This document shows positions 30,925 to 39,527 of a stretch of 64,000 bases of DNA, one piece after another. The notes under the pieces were generated by a model. That model saw only the letters and a program-made list of their open reading frames with translations, made no database searches and was not told the origin of the DNA. Origin of the DNA: Polaromonas sp. (GTDB lineage: Bacteria; Pseudomonadota; Gammaproteobacteria; Burkholderiales; Burkholderiaceae_C); NCBI GenBank assembly GCA_031390175.1, contig JANMTF010000195.1, positions 12,941 through 76,940 on the forward strand. The letters are read 5' to 3'. The translations under genes were made by a program, and so were the position numbers. The stretch's first letter is position 1. Each line of letters begins with the position of its first letter.

Positions 30925-31758
30925 TTGTCGTCTATCTTGCCTTCCTCTTTGCAGTCCGCCCCGGCCAACCAGCCAAGCTTCTTTGGCAGCGCTGAGGCCA
31001 TCTGGCAGACCGTGATGGCCATGGGCCTGCCCAGCTTGACAGGCTTTAGCGTGGAGGTACTGTCCGAGATTGACTCGACCAATACCGAGCTGATGCGCCG
31101 CGCTCGCGCCGGGCAGACCGAGCCCACCTTGCTGGTGGCCGAGCAGCAAACCGCCGGGCGTGGCCGATTGGGGCGGCAGTGGGCCTCGGCCCCGGGCAGC
31201 TCGCTGACCTTCTCGCTCGGCCTGCTTTTGCAACCGCAAGCTTGGGACGGCCTGTCGCTGGCCGTCGGCCTGAGCGTGGCGAGCAGCTTGCATGAGGACA
31301 TCCAGCTGAAATGGCCCAACGACCTGTGGGTGCGCGGCTGCAAGCTGGCGGGCATTTTGATTGAAACCGCCGCCGCGCCTGGCAATACGGGGCCGCGCTA
31401 TGCTGTCATAGGCATTGGCATCAATATCGCGCCACGGCCTGCTGAGGGCCTGTCTACCCCTCCGGCCAGCCTGCAAGCCCTGCTACCCCACGCCAGCGCC
31501 GCACATGCACTGCAAAGGGTGGCTGCGCCACTTTTGCGCGATGTATTGATGTTTGAGCAGGACGGTTTTGCCCCGTTTGCTGCGCGCTTTGCTGCGCGTG
31601 ATGCTTTGCATGGGCGCGAAGTGCTTTTAAGCGACGGCATGCATGGCGCCGCCAAGGGCGTAGACAAACGTGGCGCACTGCTGGTGCAAACGCCGCAAGG
31701 CGTGCAGCACGTTACCAGCTCTGAAGTAAGCGTGCGGCCTGTCGCAAGCGACCATTAG
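30925..31758 (+). CDS. birA: Biotin--[acetyl-CoA-carboxylase] ligase (no HTH domain)
   Basis: EIDSTNTELMRRA...AEQQTAGRGRLGRQW...KWPNDLWV...KLAGILIE. TTG start at 30925; an ATG at 31015 is an alternative. Confidence 0.85.
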   Translation: MSSILPSSLQSAPANQPSFFGSAEAIWQTVMAMGLPSLTGFSVEVLSEIDSTNTELMRRARAGQTEPTLLVAEQQTAGRGRLGRQWASAPGSSLTFSLGLLLQPQAWDGLSLAVGLSVASSLHEDIQLKWPNDLWVRGCKLAGILIETAAAPGNTGPRYAVIGIGINIAPRPAEGLSTPPASLQALLPHASAAHALQRVAAPLLRDVLMFEQDGFAPFAARFAARDALHGREVLLSDGMHGAAKGVDKRGALLVQTPQGVQHVTSSEVSVRPVASDH

Positions 31759-31799
31759 CCTGCTGCCTGTACCATACGGTCTGTAACTTCTCTTTCAGC

Positions 31800-32474
31800 A
31801 TGCTCCGATTTTTTGTTATTCTGCTATTGCTTGCCAACGGGGTTTACTTTGCATGGTCACGCGGCCATTTGGCTGTGCTGGGTTTGGCCCCAGTATCGCA
31901 AACCGAGCCCGCGCGCATGCAAACGCAAATCAAACCCGAGGCCGTGCGCTTGCTAGGCTCTACCGAGGTACGTCGCATGGAAATGGCCGCTGCTGCACCA
32001 CCACCCGCGCAAGCCAAACCGCTCGAGTGCCTACAAAGCATATTTCTAAGCGACAAACTGGCCCAAGCCGTGCGCACAGCTGCTGAGGGCTTGCCTGCTG
32101 GCAGTTGGTTGCTGGACGAGGCGCAAGAACCAGGCCGATGGATCGTCTACATGGGCAAATACACCGCAGCTGATGTGCTGGCCAAGAAAAAAGCTGAGCT
32201 GCGCCAATTGGGTGTGGACTACGAGCCCGTGCAAGTCTCCAGCCTGGCGCCCGGCATCTCCCTGGGTGGCCACCCCACCCAAGCCGAGGCCACCCGAGAG
32301 CTGGCCGATCTGAACAAACGCGGCGTACGCACTGCCAAAGTAGTGCAAGAAAAACCTGCTGCAAAGGGGCACGTGCTGCGCTTACCAGCGGTTGACGAAG
32401 CGTTGCGAGCGCAGCTGGATGGCGTGCGCACGGCTTTGGGCACTGCTGGTTTGCGAACTTGCAGGGCTTATTGA
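31800..32474 (+). CDS. Membrane-anchored protein with SPOR-like C-terminal repeats
   Basis: N-terminal TM segment FFVILLLLANGVYFAW. The C-terminal segments (WIVYMGKYTAADVLAKKKAELRQLGVDYEPV...GHPTQAEATRELADLNKRGV) resemble the SPOR fold. This assignment is weak. Confidence 0.5.
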   Translation: MLRFFVILLLLANGVYFAWSRGHLAVLGLAPVSQTEPARMQTQIKPEAVRLLGSTEVRRMEMAAAAPPPAQAKPLECLQSIFLSDKLAQAVRTAAEGLPAGSWLLDEAQEPGRWIVYMGKYTAADVLAKKKAELRQLGVDYEPVQVSSLAPGISLGGHPTQAEATRELADLNKRGVRTAKVVQEKPAAKGHVLRLPAVDEALRAQLDGVRTALGTAGLRTCRAY

Positions 32475-32723
32475 TTTTTTTTCTTTGCTTTAGGTTGCGC
32501 AGCAAGCGAAGGCTTCTGAAGACGCTTTTCTTGCTAGGTCAGTGTGCGGCGACGGAGGAATTCACGTAGCCAACCAGTCACCTTGAAGCGGCATCTTCAG
32601 TGCAACTCCTGCCGTCCAAGAAACTGCCCCAACCGGCCGCTAATTTCACCGCAACCAGCACATTTATCGGTCATAAAGCAACAGACGGCCTAAAATCAAG
32701 AATACACCAAGAGGAGTTGAGCT

Positions 32724-33398
32724 ATGCGTATTTTGATTGCAGAAGACGACCAAGTGCTGGCTGATGGCCTGCTGCGCACCCTGCGCAGCTCTGGCGCGGC
32801 GGTAGACCATGTGACCGATGGCGCGTTGGCGGAGGCAGCGCTGCTGACCAATACCGAGCTGGATTTGCTCATTTTGGATCTGGGCTTGCCCAAAATGCAC
32901 GGCCTGGAAGTACTCAAGCGCCTGCGCAGCCGAGGTTCGACCTTGCCTGTGCTTATCCTCACGGCTGCCGACAGCGTGGACGAGCGTGTCAAAGGCCTCG
33001 ACCTTGGTGCTGATGACTACATGGCCAAGCCCTTCAGCCTGCAAGAGCTAGAAGCGCGGGTGCGCGCCCTCACGCGGCGCAGTACGGGCAGCGCCAGCAC
33101 CCTTATCAAGCACGGCCCCTTGCATTACGACCAGTCGGGTCGCGTGGCCACGATTGACGGCAAGATGGTTGATTTGTCGGCCCGCGAACTGGGCTTGCTT
33201 GAAGTGCTGTTGGTACGCTCGGGCCGCTTGGTCAGCAAAGACCAGCTGGTCGAGCGCCTGTGCGAGTGGGGCGAAGAAGTGAGCAATAACGCCATCGAGG
33301 TGTACATCCACCGCCTGCGCAAAAAGATTGAGAAAGGCCCCATTCGCATTGCCACGGTGCGCGGCTTGGGATATTGCCTGGAAAAAATTCCAAACTAA
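32724..33398 (+). CDS. OmpR/PhoB-family response regulator
   Basis: MRILIAEDD...DLLILDLGLP...ADDYMAKPF followed by a winged-helix domain (LSARELGLLEVLL...VYIHRLRKKI...IATVRGLGY). Confidence 0.9.
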   Translation: MRILIAEDDQVLADGLLRTLRSSGAAVDHVTDGALAEAALLTNTELDLLILDLGLPKMHGLEVLKRLRSRGSTLPVLILTAADSVDERVKGLDLGADDYMAKPFSLQELEARVRALTRRSTGSASTLIKHGPLHYDQSGRVATIDGKMVDLSARELGLLEVLLVRSGRLVSKDQLVERLCEWGEEVSNNAIEVYIHRLRKKIEKGPIRIATVRGLGYCLEKIPN

Positions 33399-34918
33399 TA
33401 GCAACTCCCGTGAAACTATTCCAGCGCGAGCAGCGCAGTTTGTTTGGCGAGATCCTAGACTGGATGCTGACGCCGCTGCTGCTCTTGTGGCCCATCAGTT
33501 TGGTGCTCACCTGGCTGGTGGCACAGGGCATTGCCACCAAGCCGTTTGACCGGGCGCTGGCGTTCAATGCGCAGGCGCTGGCGCAGCTGGTGAGTGTTCA
33601 AAACGAGCGCGCGCAATTTAGCCTGCCCGCACCTGCCCGCGAGATTTTGCGGGCGGACGACTCTGATTTGGTTTACTACCAGGTGCTAGGCCTCAAGGGC
33701 GAGTATCTGAGCGGCGAAAAAGACATGCCGCTGCCGTCCGACGACGACAAAATAGAGCTGGGCAAAGTCAAGCTGCGCGACGACGAGATGCGCGGGCTGG
33801 ATGTGCGGATTGCCTATGTGTATGTTGATGCCTCGGCCAACGCAGGCAGCACGGCCACTGTCGCCATCACCCCAGCCTCTTTGAGCGCCAAACCCGTGCT
33901 GGTGCAAGTGGCCGAAACCCTGGAAAAACGCTCCACGCTGGCCACCGAGATTGTCAAAGGCGTGATGCTGCCGCAGTTTGTGATTTTCCCTTTGGCGGTG
34001 TTTTTAGTATGGCTGGCACTGGTGCGCGGCATCAAACCACTGAGCGAACTGGAAGACCGCATCCGCGCCCGAAAGCCTGATGATTTAAGCCCGATTGACG
34101 ACAAAACTGTGCCCTTTGAGGTGGTTCCGTTGGTGTCGTCAGTCAATGATTTGCTGGCACGTCAAAAGCAATCCATCGCTGCGCAAAAACGTTTTTTGGC
34201 CGATGCGGCGCACCAACTTAAAACACCACTGGCAGGCCTGCGCATGCAGGCGGAGTTAGCCCTGCGGGAGGGCACCCAAGAGGCTGACCTGAAACAATCG
34301 CTCAAGCAAGTCAGCCGCTCCAGCATTCGCGCCACGCATACGGTTAACCAGCTTTTGGCCTTGGCCCGCGCCGAGGCCAGTGGGCAAAGCGTGCCCAAGC
34401 AGTCCTGTGATTTGGCAGCATTGACTGTAGAGGTGGTGCAAGACTGTTTGCCCCGCGCCATGGAAAAACGCATTGACCTGGGCTATGAGGGTGTGCAGCC
34501 CGGCACGCTGGACTCCGATGGCAAAACTCACGCTGCTTCCGTGCTGGGCAACTCTACGCTGATCAAGGAGATGGTGCGCAATTTGATAGATAACGCCCTT
34601 ACCTATATTGGTGCCAATGAGGCTCACCCCGGTGTAGTGACAGCGCGTGTGCTGGCCGACCCGTTTGGCGGTGTGGTGGTATTGCAAGTGGAAGACAACG
34701 GCCCTGGCATTGCGCCGTCCGAGCGCGAGCTGGTGTTGCAGCCCTTCTACCGCGCACTGGGCCAGGAGGCTGACGGCTCGGGTTTAGGTTTGGCCATCGT
34801 GGCCGAGATTGCGCAGCAGCACCAAGCTACGTTGGCGATGGAGGACACCACCGCTCGCGCTACTCCGCCAGGGGTGCGGTTTACCTTGCGTTTTCCAAAA
34901 ATGCCAACTGCGGGTTAG
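33374..34918 (+). CDS. Sensor histidine kinase (TctE/QseC-like N-terminal sensor, HisKA, HATPase_c)
   Basis: H-box FLADAAHQLKTPLAG. N, G1 and G2 boxes (NLIDNALTY, VEDNGPGI, GSGLGLAIV) are present. TTG start at 33374 overlaps the regulator; a GTG at 33410 is an alternative. Confidence 0.88.
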   Translation: MPGKNSKLIATPVKLFQREQRSLFGEILDWMLTPLLLLWPISLVLTWLVAQGIATKPFDRALAFNAQALAQLVSVQNERAQFSLPAPAREILRADDSDLVYYQVLGLKGEYLSGEKDMPLPSDDDKIELGKVKLRDDEMRGLDVRIAYVYVDASANAGSTATVAITPASLSAKPVLVQVAETLEKRSTLATEIVKGVMLPQFVIFPLAVFLVWLALVRGIKPLSELEDRIRARKPDDLSPIDDKTVPFEVVPLVSSVNDLLARQKQSIAAQKRFLADAAHQLKTPLAGLRMQAELALREGTQEADLKQSLKQVSRSSIRATHTVNQLLALARAEASGQSVPKQSCDLAALTVEVVQDCLPRAMEKRIDLGYEGVQPGTLDSDGKTHAASVLGNSTLIKEMVRNLIDNALTYIGANEAHPGVVTARVLADPFGGVVVLQVEDNGPGIAPSERELVLQPFYRALGQEADGSGLGLAIVAEIAQQHQATLAMEDTTARATPPGVRFTLRFPKMPTAG

Positions 34919-34937
34919 CGGCTTCAGCAAAGACGTT

Positions 34938-36239
34938 TTAAAAACCGTAGCACTTGAACGCCATGGCTGGGGACTGGCCGCTGATCAACTCGGCAATGGC
35001 TTTGCCCGAGCCCGCGCCATGTGTCCAGCCCAGTGTGCCGTGGCCGGTATTGACCCACAGTTTGCCAACGGATGTGCGGCCAATGTAGGGAATATTGGTC
35101 GGTGTGGCCGGGCGCAGCCCGCACCACAGGTTGGGCTGGCCACCTTGAGCGGCGTTGCGGGTATCGGCCACACCGGGCAACACCAGTTCGATACGGTCTA
35201 GCAGCATTTGACATCGGGTCTGGGCCAGGCGCGAACTCAGCGACAAGTCGTAGCCGCCTACTTCAATCGTGCCCGCCACCCGCAGCTGCTTGCCTAAACG
35301 AGAAATGGCAATTTTTTTATCGTCGTCGATCATCGACACCTGCGGCGCTGCATCTGGCTGGAGCAATGGCAGCGTGGCGCTGTAGCCTTTGCCGGGGTAG
35401 ACGGGAATGTCCACTCCCACCGTGCGCAAAAGCGGCGCAGAATAGCTGCCGCATGCCACCACCACGGCATCTGCACGCAGCAGCTGTTGCACGCCGCTGT
35501 CGCGTGCGCGTACGGTGACCGAGTCAACCGAATTCGCCAGCTTGTTCAGCCGCTGCACATCGTGCCCCCACAGCATGTGCGCACCGCGCTGGGCACACAG
35601 GGCGGCCAGCTTTTGGGTAAACACCCGCGCATCACCTGACTCGTCGCTGGCGGTATAGGTGCCGCCTGCAATATTCGGGGCAAAGGTTTTCAGAGCAGGC
35701 TCGATTTTGACCAAATCATCTCGGCTCACGATACGGCGGTCCACACCGTACTTCTGCATCATGGCGGCCTCGCCTGCGGCGGCATCAAACTCTTTGCTGT
35801 CGGTGAAGTAGTGGGCAATGCCTTTTTCCAGCCGCTGGTACTCAATGCCCGTGCTGCGCACCACGTCTTTGAGGGCTGTGTGGCTATAACGCCCCAAGGC
35901 CACCAGTTGCTGTACGTTGCGCTCAAACGCCGCGTCATTGCACTGCGCCAAAAACTGCAAACCCCAGCGGTACTGCTGCCAGCCCTTGCCCAGCGGCCAT
36001 TGCGGGCGAAACAGCAAGGGCGCTTCGGCAGAGAACATCCACTTCAAGGCTTTCAGTGGCGCACCTTTGCTGGCCCAAGGCTCGCAATAGCTCACCGATA
36101 TTTGGGCCGCGTTGGCAAAACTGGTCTCTTGGGCGGCATCGCTTTGCCTATCCACCACCACCACCTCGTGGCCGCGCTCCAGCAAATGCCAGGCCGTGCT
36201 GATGCCAATAATGCCTGCGCCTAAAATCATAACTTTCAT
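34938..36239 (-). CDS. dadA: D-amino-acid dehydrogenase-like FAD oxidoreductase
   Basis: MKVMILGAGIIGISTAWHLLERGHEVVVVDR is a Rossmann FAD-binding motif. Length is 433 aa with DadA-like overall pattern. Confidence 0.8.
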   Translation of the reverse strand: MKVMILGAGIIGISTAWHLLERGHEVVVVDRQSDAAQETSFANAAQISVSYCEPWASKGAPLKALKWMFSAEAPLLFRPQWPLGKGWQQYRWGLQFLAQCNDAAFERNVQQLVALGRYSHTALKDVVRSTGIEYQRLEKGIAHYFTDSKEFDAAAGEAAMMQKYGVDRRIVSRDDLVKIEPALKTFAPNIAGGTYTASDESGDARVFTQKLAALCAQRGAHMLWGHDVQRLNKLANSVDSVTVRARDSGVQQLLRADAVVVACGSYSAPLLRTVGVDIPVYPGKGYSATLPLLQPDAAPQVSMIDDDKKIAISRLGKQLRVAGTIEVGGYDLSLSSRLAQTRCQMLLDRIELVLPGVADTRNAAQGGQPNLWCGLRPATPTNIPYIGRTSVGKLWVNTGHGTLGWTHGAGSGKAIAELISGQSPAMAFKCYGF

Positions 36240-36348
36240 AGCCAGCGAGTGTGCGGTATCTAGCCAAAAATGAAAAGATAAATTAAACTTTTAGTAAAAG
36301 TACAGCGCTTGTAAATAATACGGGTAATTGGGGTCGGTTTGACAAATT

Positions 36349-36376
36349 TCATAGTTCAATTATCATTGAACTATGA
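36349..36376. promoter_or_regulatory. 12-4-12 perfect inverted repeat, candidate ArsR operator
   Basis: TCATAGTTCAAT-TATC-ATTGAACTATGA lies 60 nt upstream of the arsR start, in the dadA/arsR divergent region. Confidence 0.55.
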
Positions 36377-36435
36377 AAACACTTTCCAAGCCTAATAAAT
36401 CTGCCAAAATAGCCTAGACTGATGCCCTCCGCGGC

Positions 36436-36732
36436 TTGGCCGCGCTGGCGCAGGCGCAGCGGCTGCGCAGCTTTCGCGCGCTGGTGGTGGCGGGCTGCGA
36501 TGGGCTCACACCCAGTGCGCTGGCTGCGCTGCTGGACATTGCACCCAGCGCGCTGTCGTTCCACCTCAAAGAGCTATCCTACAGCGGCTTGGTCAGCGCC
36601 GAGCAACGCGGGCGCAACCTGATTTACCGCGCTCACTACGCGCAAATGAACGCCTTGCTGGCTTACCTGACCGAGCACTGCTGCGCGGGGCAAGCCTACG
36701 CTGTGGGAGGCAGTGACGCTGCCTGTTGTTAA
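36436..36732 (+). CDS. arsR: ArsR/SmtB-family metalloregulator
   Basis: LAALAQAQRLRSFRALVVAG..LTPSALAALLDIAPSALSFHLKELSYSGLV..EQRGRNLIY followed by a C-terminal Cys cluster. TTG start; no in-frame ATG is available. Confidence 0.85.
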   Translation: MAALAQAQRLRSFRALVVAGCDGLTPSALAALLDIAPSALSFHLKELSYSGLVSAEQRGRNLIYRAHYAQMNALLAYLTEHCCAGQAYAVGGSDAACC

Positions 36733-36781
36733 GAAAAATATTATCCGGCAATCTTGTCCTATTTACCAAGGAGCATGCACC

Positions 36782-37300
36782 ATGAAACGCTTTCACGTTC
36801 ACCTCTGTGTTAACGACATCGCTCCGTCAGTGGGCTTCTACAGCACCTTGTTTGGCCACGCACCCAGCGTGCAAAAGCCAGACTACGCCAAGTGGATGCT
36901 GGACGACCCGCGCATCAATTTTGCCATCTCTGCACAAGGCCATGCCGCCGGGCTGGACCACTTGGGTTTTCAGGTCGAAAGCGCCGACGAGCTGCACGAG
37001 ATGACGGACGCCTTGCAACGCGCTGGTGTAGCCGTCACAGGCCAAGGCGCGGCAACCTGCTGCTATGCGCAAAGCGAAAAGGGCTGGGTGCATGACCCGC
37101 AAGGCATTGCATGGGAGAGCTTTGTCACCACCGGCCAGTCCACCACCTACGGGGCTGATCGCACAGAACAACCCGTCAGTGCGAGGGCATGCTGTGCACC
37201 TGCTGATTCCCAAATGGCTACGAAGCCGACGCTGCAAAACATTCAGATCGCGCCTGCCAGCTGCGGTGTACCCCGTGCAACAGCAGCAAGCTGCTGCTAG
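36782..37300 (+). CDS. arsI: ArsI/CadI-family VOC (glyoxalase-fold) metalloenzyme
   Basis: MKRFHVHLCVNDI...LDHLGFQV...ATCCYAQSEKGWVHDPQGIAWESF, with a vicinal Cys pair typical of ArsI. An AAGGAG RBS lies upstream of 36782. Confidence 0.7.
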   Translation: MKRFHVHLCVNDIAPSVGFYSTLFGHAPSVQKPDYAKWMLDDPRINFAISAQGHAAGLDHLGFQVESADELHEMTDALQRAGVAVTGQGAATCCYAQSEKGWVHDPQGIAWESFVTTGQSTTYGADRTEQPVSARACCAPADSQMATKPTLQNIQIAPASCGVPRATAASCC

Positions 37301-37325
37301 CTTCTTTAAATTACTATAAATACAA

Positions 37326-37360
37326 TAGCTGCTTCCGCAATATTCTATTGGGCTGGTGGC
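37326..37360 (+). repeat. Family-1 dispersed element copy (arsI-arsC intergenic)
   Basis: TAGCTGCTTCCGCAATATTCTATTGGGCTGGTGGC. Confidence 0.8.
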
Positions 37361-37388
37361 ACTATTTACTACATGCAAGGCTCATACC

Positions 37389-37886
37389 ATGACTACACCA
37401 CTCAACGTCCTCTTCCTATGCACCCACAACTCCGCCCGCCGCATTTTGGCCGAGGCGGTGCTTAACCACCTGGGCACAGGCAAGTTCAAAGGCTTCTCCG
37501 CAGGCAGCAGCCCGCGAGACAACCAACAGCCCAACCCATTGGGACTAGAAGTGCTGCGAAACACAGGCATATCTACAGACGGCCTGCGCAGCAAAAGCTG
37601 GGACGAGTTTGCGCTGCCCAGCGCACCGCAGATGGACTTGATCATCACCGTGTGCGACCACGCTGCGGGTGAGATCTGCCCGCACTGGCCGGGCCAGCCT
37701 GCCACGGCCCATTAGAGCTACCCCGACCCCAGCGCTGGCGACGCAAGCGATGCTGAAAAACACAGGGCATTTAAGCAAACTTTTCTGGCTATCAAGCGGC
37801 GTATTGAGCTGCTGATCAGCCTGCCACCCGAAAAACTGCAAGCGGTAGCCCTGCAAACCAGCGCAAGAGATCTGGCCAGATCATGA
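37389..37886 (+). pseudogene. arsC: LMW-PTP-type arsenate reductase interrupted by an in-frame TAG at 37713-37715
   Basis: MTTPLNVLFLCTHNSARRILAE...VCDHAAGEICPHWPGQPATAH*SYPDPSAGDASDAEKHRAFKQTFLAIKRRIELLISLPPEKLQAVALQ. The reading frame continues to a TGA that overlaps the next gene's ATG (ATGA). Confidence 0.75.
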
Positions 37887-38578
37887 GTGCGCCTGAAGCG
37901 CCTATCTACACGCTCTCACAAAAAGCCTTTGCTGAATGCATTGGCACAGCGATGCTGCTGTGCGCAGTGATTGGCTCGGGCATCATGGCCGAACGTTTGA
38001 GCGGCGGCAACAACGGCGTGGCACTGCTGGCCAACACCCTGGCCACGGTGTTTGCACTGTTTGTATTGATCGAAGTGCTGGGCCCCATCAGCGGGGCACA
38101 CTTTAACCCGCTGGTAACACTGTTTTTTATACGAAATCAGCCTCTAGCCCTACAGAATATTGCGGGAGCAGCTATTGTATTTATAGTAGCCAAGTTGCTG
38201 GGTGCTGTGCTCGGCGCGTGCCTTGCCAACGCCATGCTTGACCCGCCCGCGCTGCACACCAGCGCCAAACTGCGCGGCGGCTGGGGCCAGTAGTGGGCCG
38301 AGGCGGTAGCCGTCGCAGGCTTGGTCTTTGTTATCGCCCGCTCCGGCGCGGTCTACGTGCATGCCAAGGCCAGCGCACTGGTGGCCTGCTATATCGGCGC
38401 GGCTTACTGGTTTACCGCCAGCACCTCATTCGCCAACCCTGCTGCCGTGCTGGGCCGCATGCTGAGTGACAGCTTTGCGGGCATCGCTCCAGCAAGTGCG
38501 CTTGGCTTTGTGGCAGCGCAGAGTGTGGGTGCTGCTGTGGGCTGGCTCGCTAGTAAACAGTTAGACGCGCCTGGGTAA
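37883..38578 (+). pseudogene. MIP-family aquaporin/aquaglyceroporin interrupted by an in-frame TAG at 38291-38293 and carrying a family-1 repeat
   Basis: AFAECIGTAMLL...GAHFNPLVTL...KLRGGWGQ*WAEAVAVAGLVFVI...WFTASTSFANPAAVLGR. Both half-ORFs (37883..38293 and 38321..38578) are in the same frame. Confidence 0.75.
38141..38186 (-). repeat. Family-1 dispersed element copy inside the aquaporin reading frame
   Basis: CCTCTAGCCCTACAGAATATTGCGGGAGCAGCTATTGTATTTATAG, translated as PLALQNIAGAAIVFIV. Confidence 0.8.
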
Positions 38579-38610
38579 GGGGGTGATTTTTTTTCGTAGA
38601 GTTGGATGCA

Positions 38611-39015
38611 CTAAAGCGACAGCAATGACAGGCCAGCGTAGCTGGCAAATTCTTTGTCGAATGACACCAAGCGAAGACTCGCTACCTGGGCGAACGCGGC
38701 TAGATAGGTATCTGTCCAATCGGTGTTGCGAAAGGTCGCTTGCGCAGTAAGTTTGCGCATCGCAGTGTCGATACCTGGCGGCTCCGCCATGACGCTGACC
38801 TCGGGCAGATTTATCACTGCTTGGTAGGCCTGCCACGCCTGCTCTTGGGTGTAGGGCGTACCGCCCATCACAGCTTTATTGGTAGACAGGCGCAGTCGCC
38901 CCAGCATGGTGATGCGGCAAAACACCATGCGTTCGGAGCCCGCTTTTTCCCAGTAAAGTTTTGCTGCTGGGTGATGCACATGCTGCGCATTCAATAGGGC
39001 CAACCAGACATTCAC
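38611..39015 (-). CDS. vapC: PIN-domain toxin (VapC family); first canonical start (GTG 39015) lies after the conserved N-terminal Asp
   Basis: VNVWLALLNAQHVHHPAAKLYW... In-frame upstream codons read STQGDLPD, with no ATG, GTG or TTG before the stop. Confidence 0.7.
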   Translation of the reverse strand: MNVWLALLNAQHVHHPAAKLYWEKAGSERMVFCRITMLGRLRLSTNKAVMGGTPYTQEQAWQAYQAVINLPEVSVMAEPPGIDTAMRKLTAQATFRNTDWTDTYLAAFAQVASLRLVSFDKEFASYAGLSLLSL

Positions 39016-39061
39016 GTCTGGCAGATCCCCTTGGGTGGATTACTGCACGTTGGCGTAAGCA

Positions 39062-39325
39062 CTACTGCGCGGCATGCCTGGCTGTGTCTTCTGCGTCCAT
39101 GATGGCGGTGAGCTGGGCGTTGCTCCTGGCGGGCATCGGTTTGGCCTGCGCACGGTGACATACGGGCGCTGGGCTGCGCAGCATGGCGGCAGGTACGCCA
39201 ACCGGGTGCTTGAGCGCCGCCTGCACCAAATTGGCAAAATATTCTTTGAGCTTGAGGCCTTCCAGCCCCGCGCAGGCTTTGACATCACGCATCAATGGGT
39301 CGGGGAGGTCGAGTGTAGTGCGCAT
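39062..39325 (-). CDS. vapB: VapB-type antitoxin
   Basis: MRTTLDLPDPLMRDVKACAGLEGLKLKEYFANLVQAALK has the typical MRTTL(D/T)(L/I)(P/D)D N-terminus. It lies upstream of vapC. Confidence 0.7.
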   Translation of the reverse strand: MRTTLDLPDPLMRDVKACAGLEGLKLKEYFANLVQAALKHPVGVPAAMLRSPAPVCHRAQAKPMPARSNAQLTAIMDAEDTARHAAQ

Positions 39326-39434
39326 AAAAAGCACTTTATGCATATTTTGCATTTCGGTGCGCCAACAACGTTTGCCAGACCGTACCTGAACAGCAAACTG
39401 GCTAGAAATGCATTTCGCCGTTTTACAAATAAAA

Positions 39435-39472
39435 ATAGCTGCTCGCCCAATAATAAATTGCGCAAGCAGCTA
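39435..39472. repeat. Family-1-related hairpin (two half-cores in inverted orientation)
   Basis: ATAGCTGCTCGCCCAATAATAAATTGCGCAAGCAGCTAT lies downstream of the phoX stop. Confidence 0.7.
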
Positions 39473-39527
39473 TTAAATTCGTAGTGCGCTCTGCCATAGC
39501 AGAGCATCACTGGTTAGTCAGGACATT

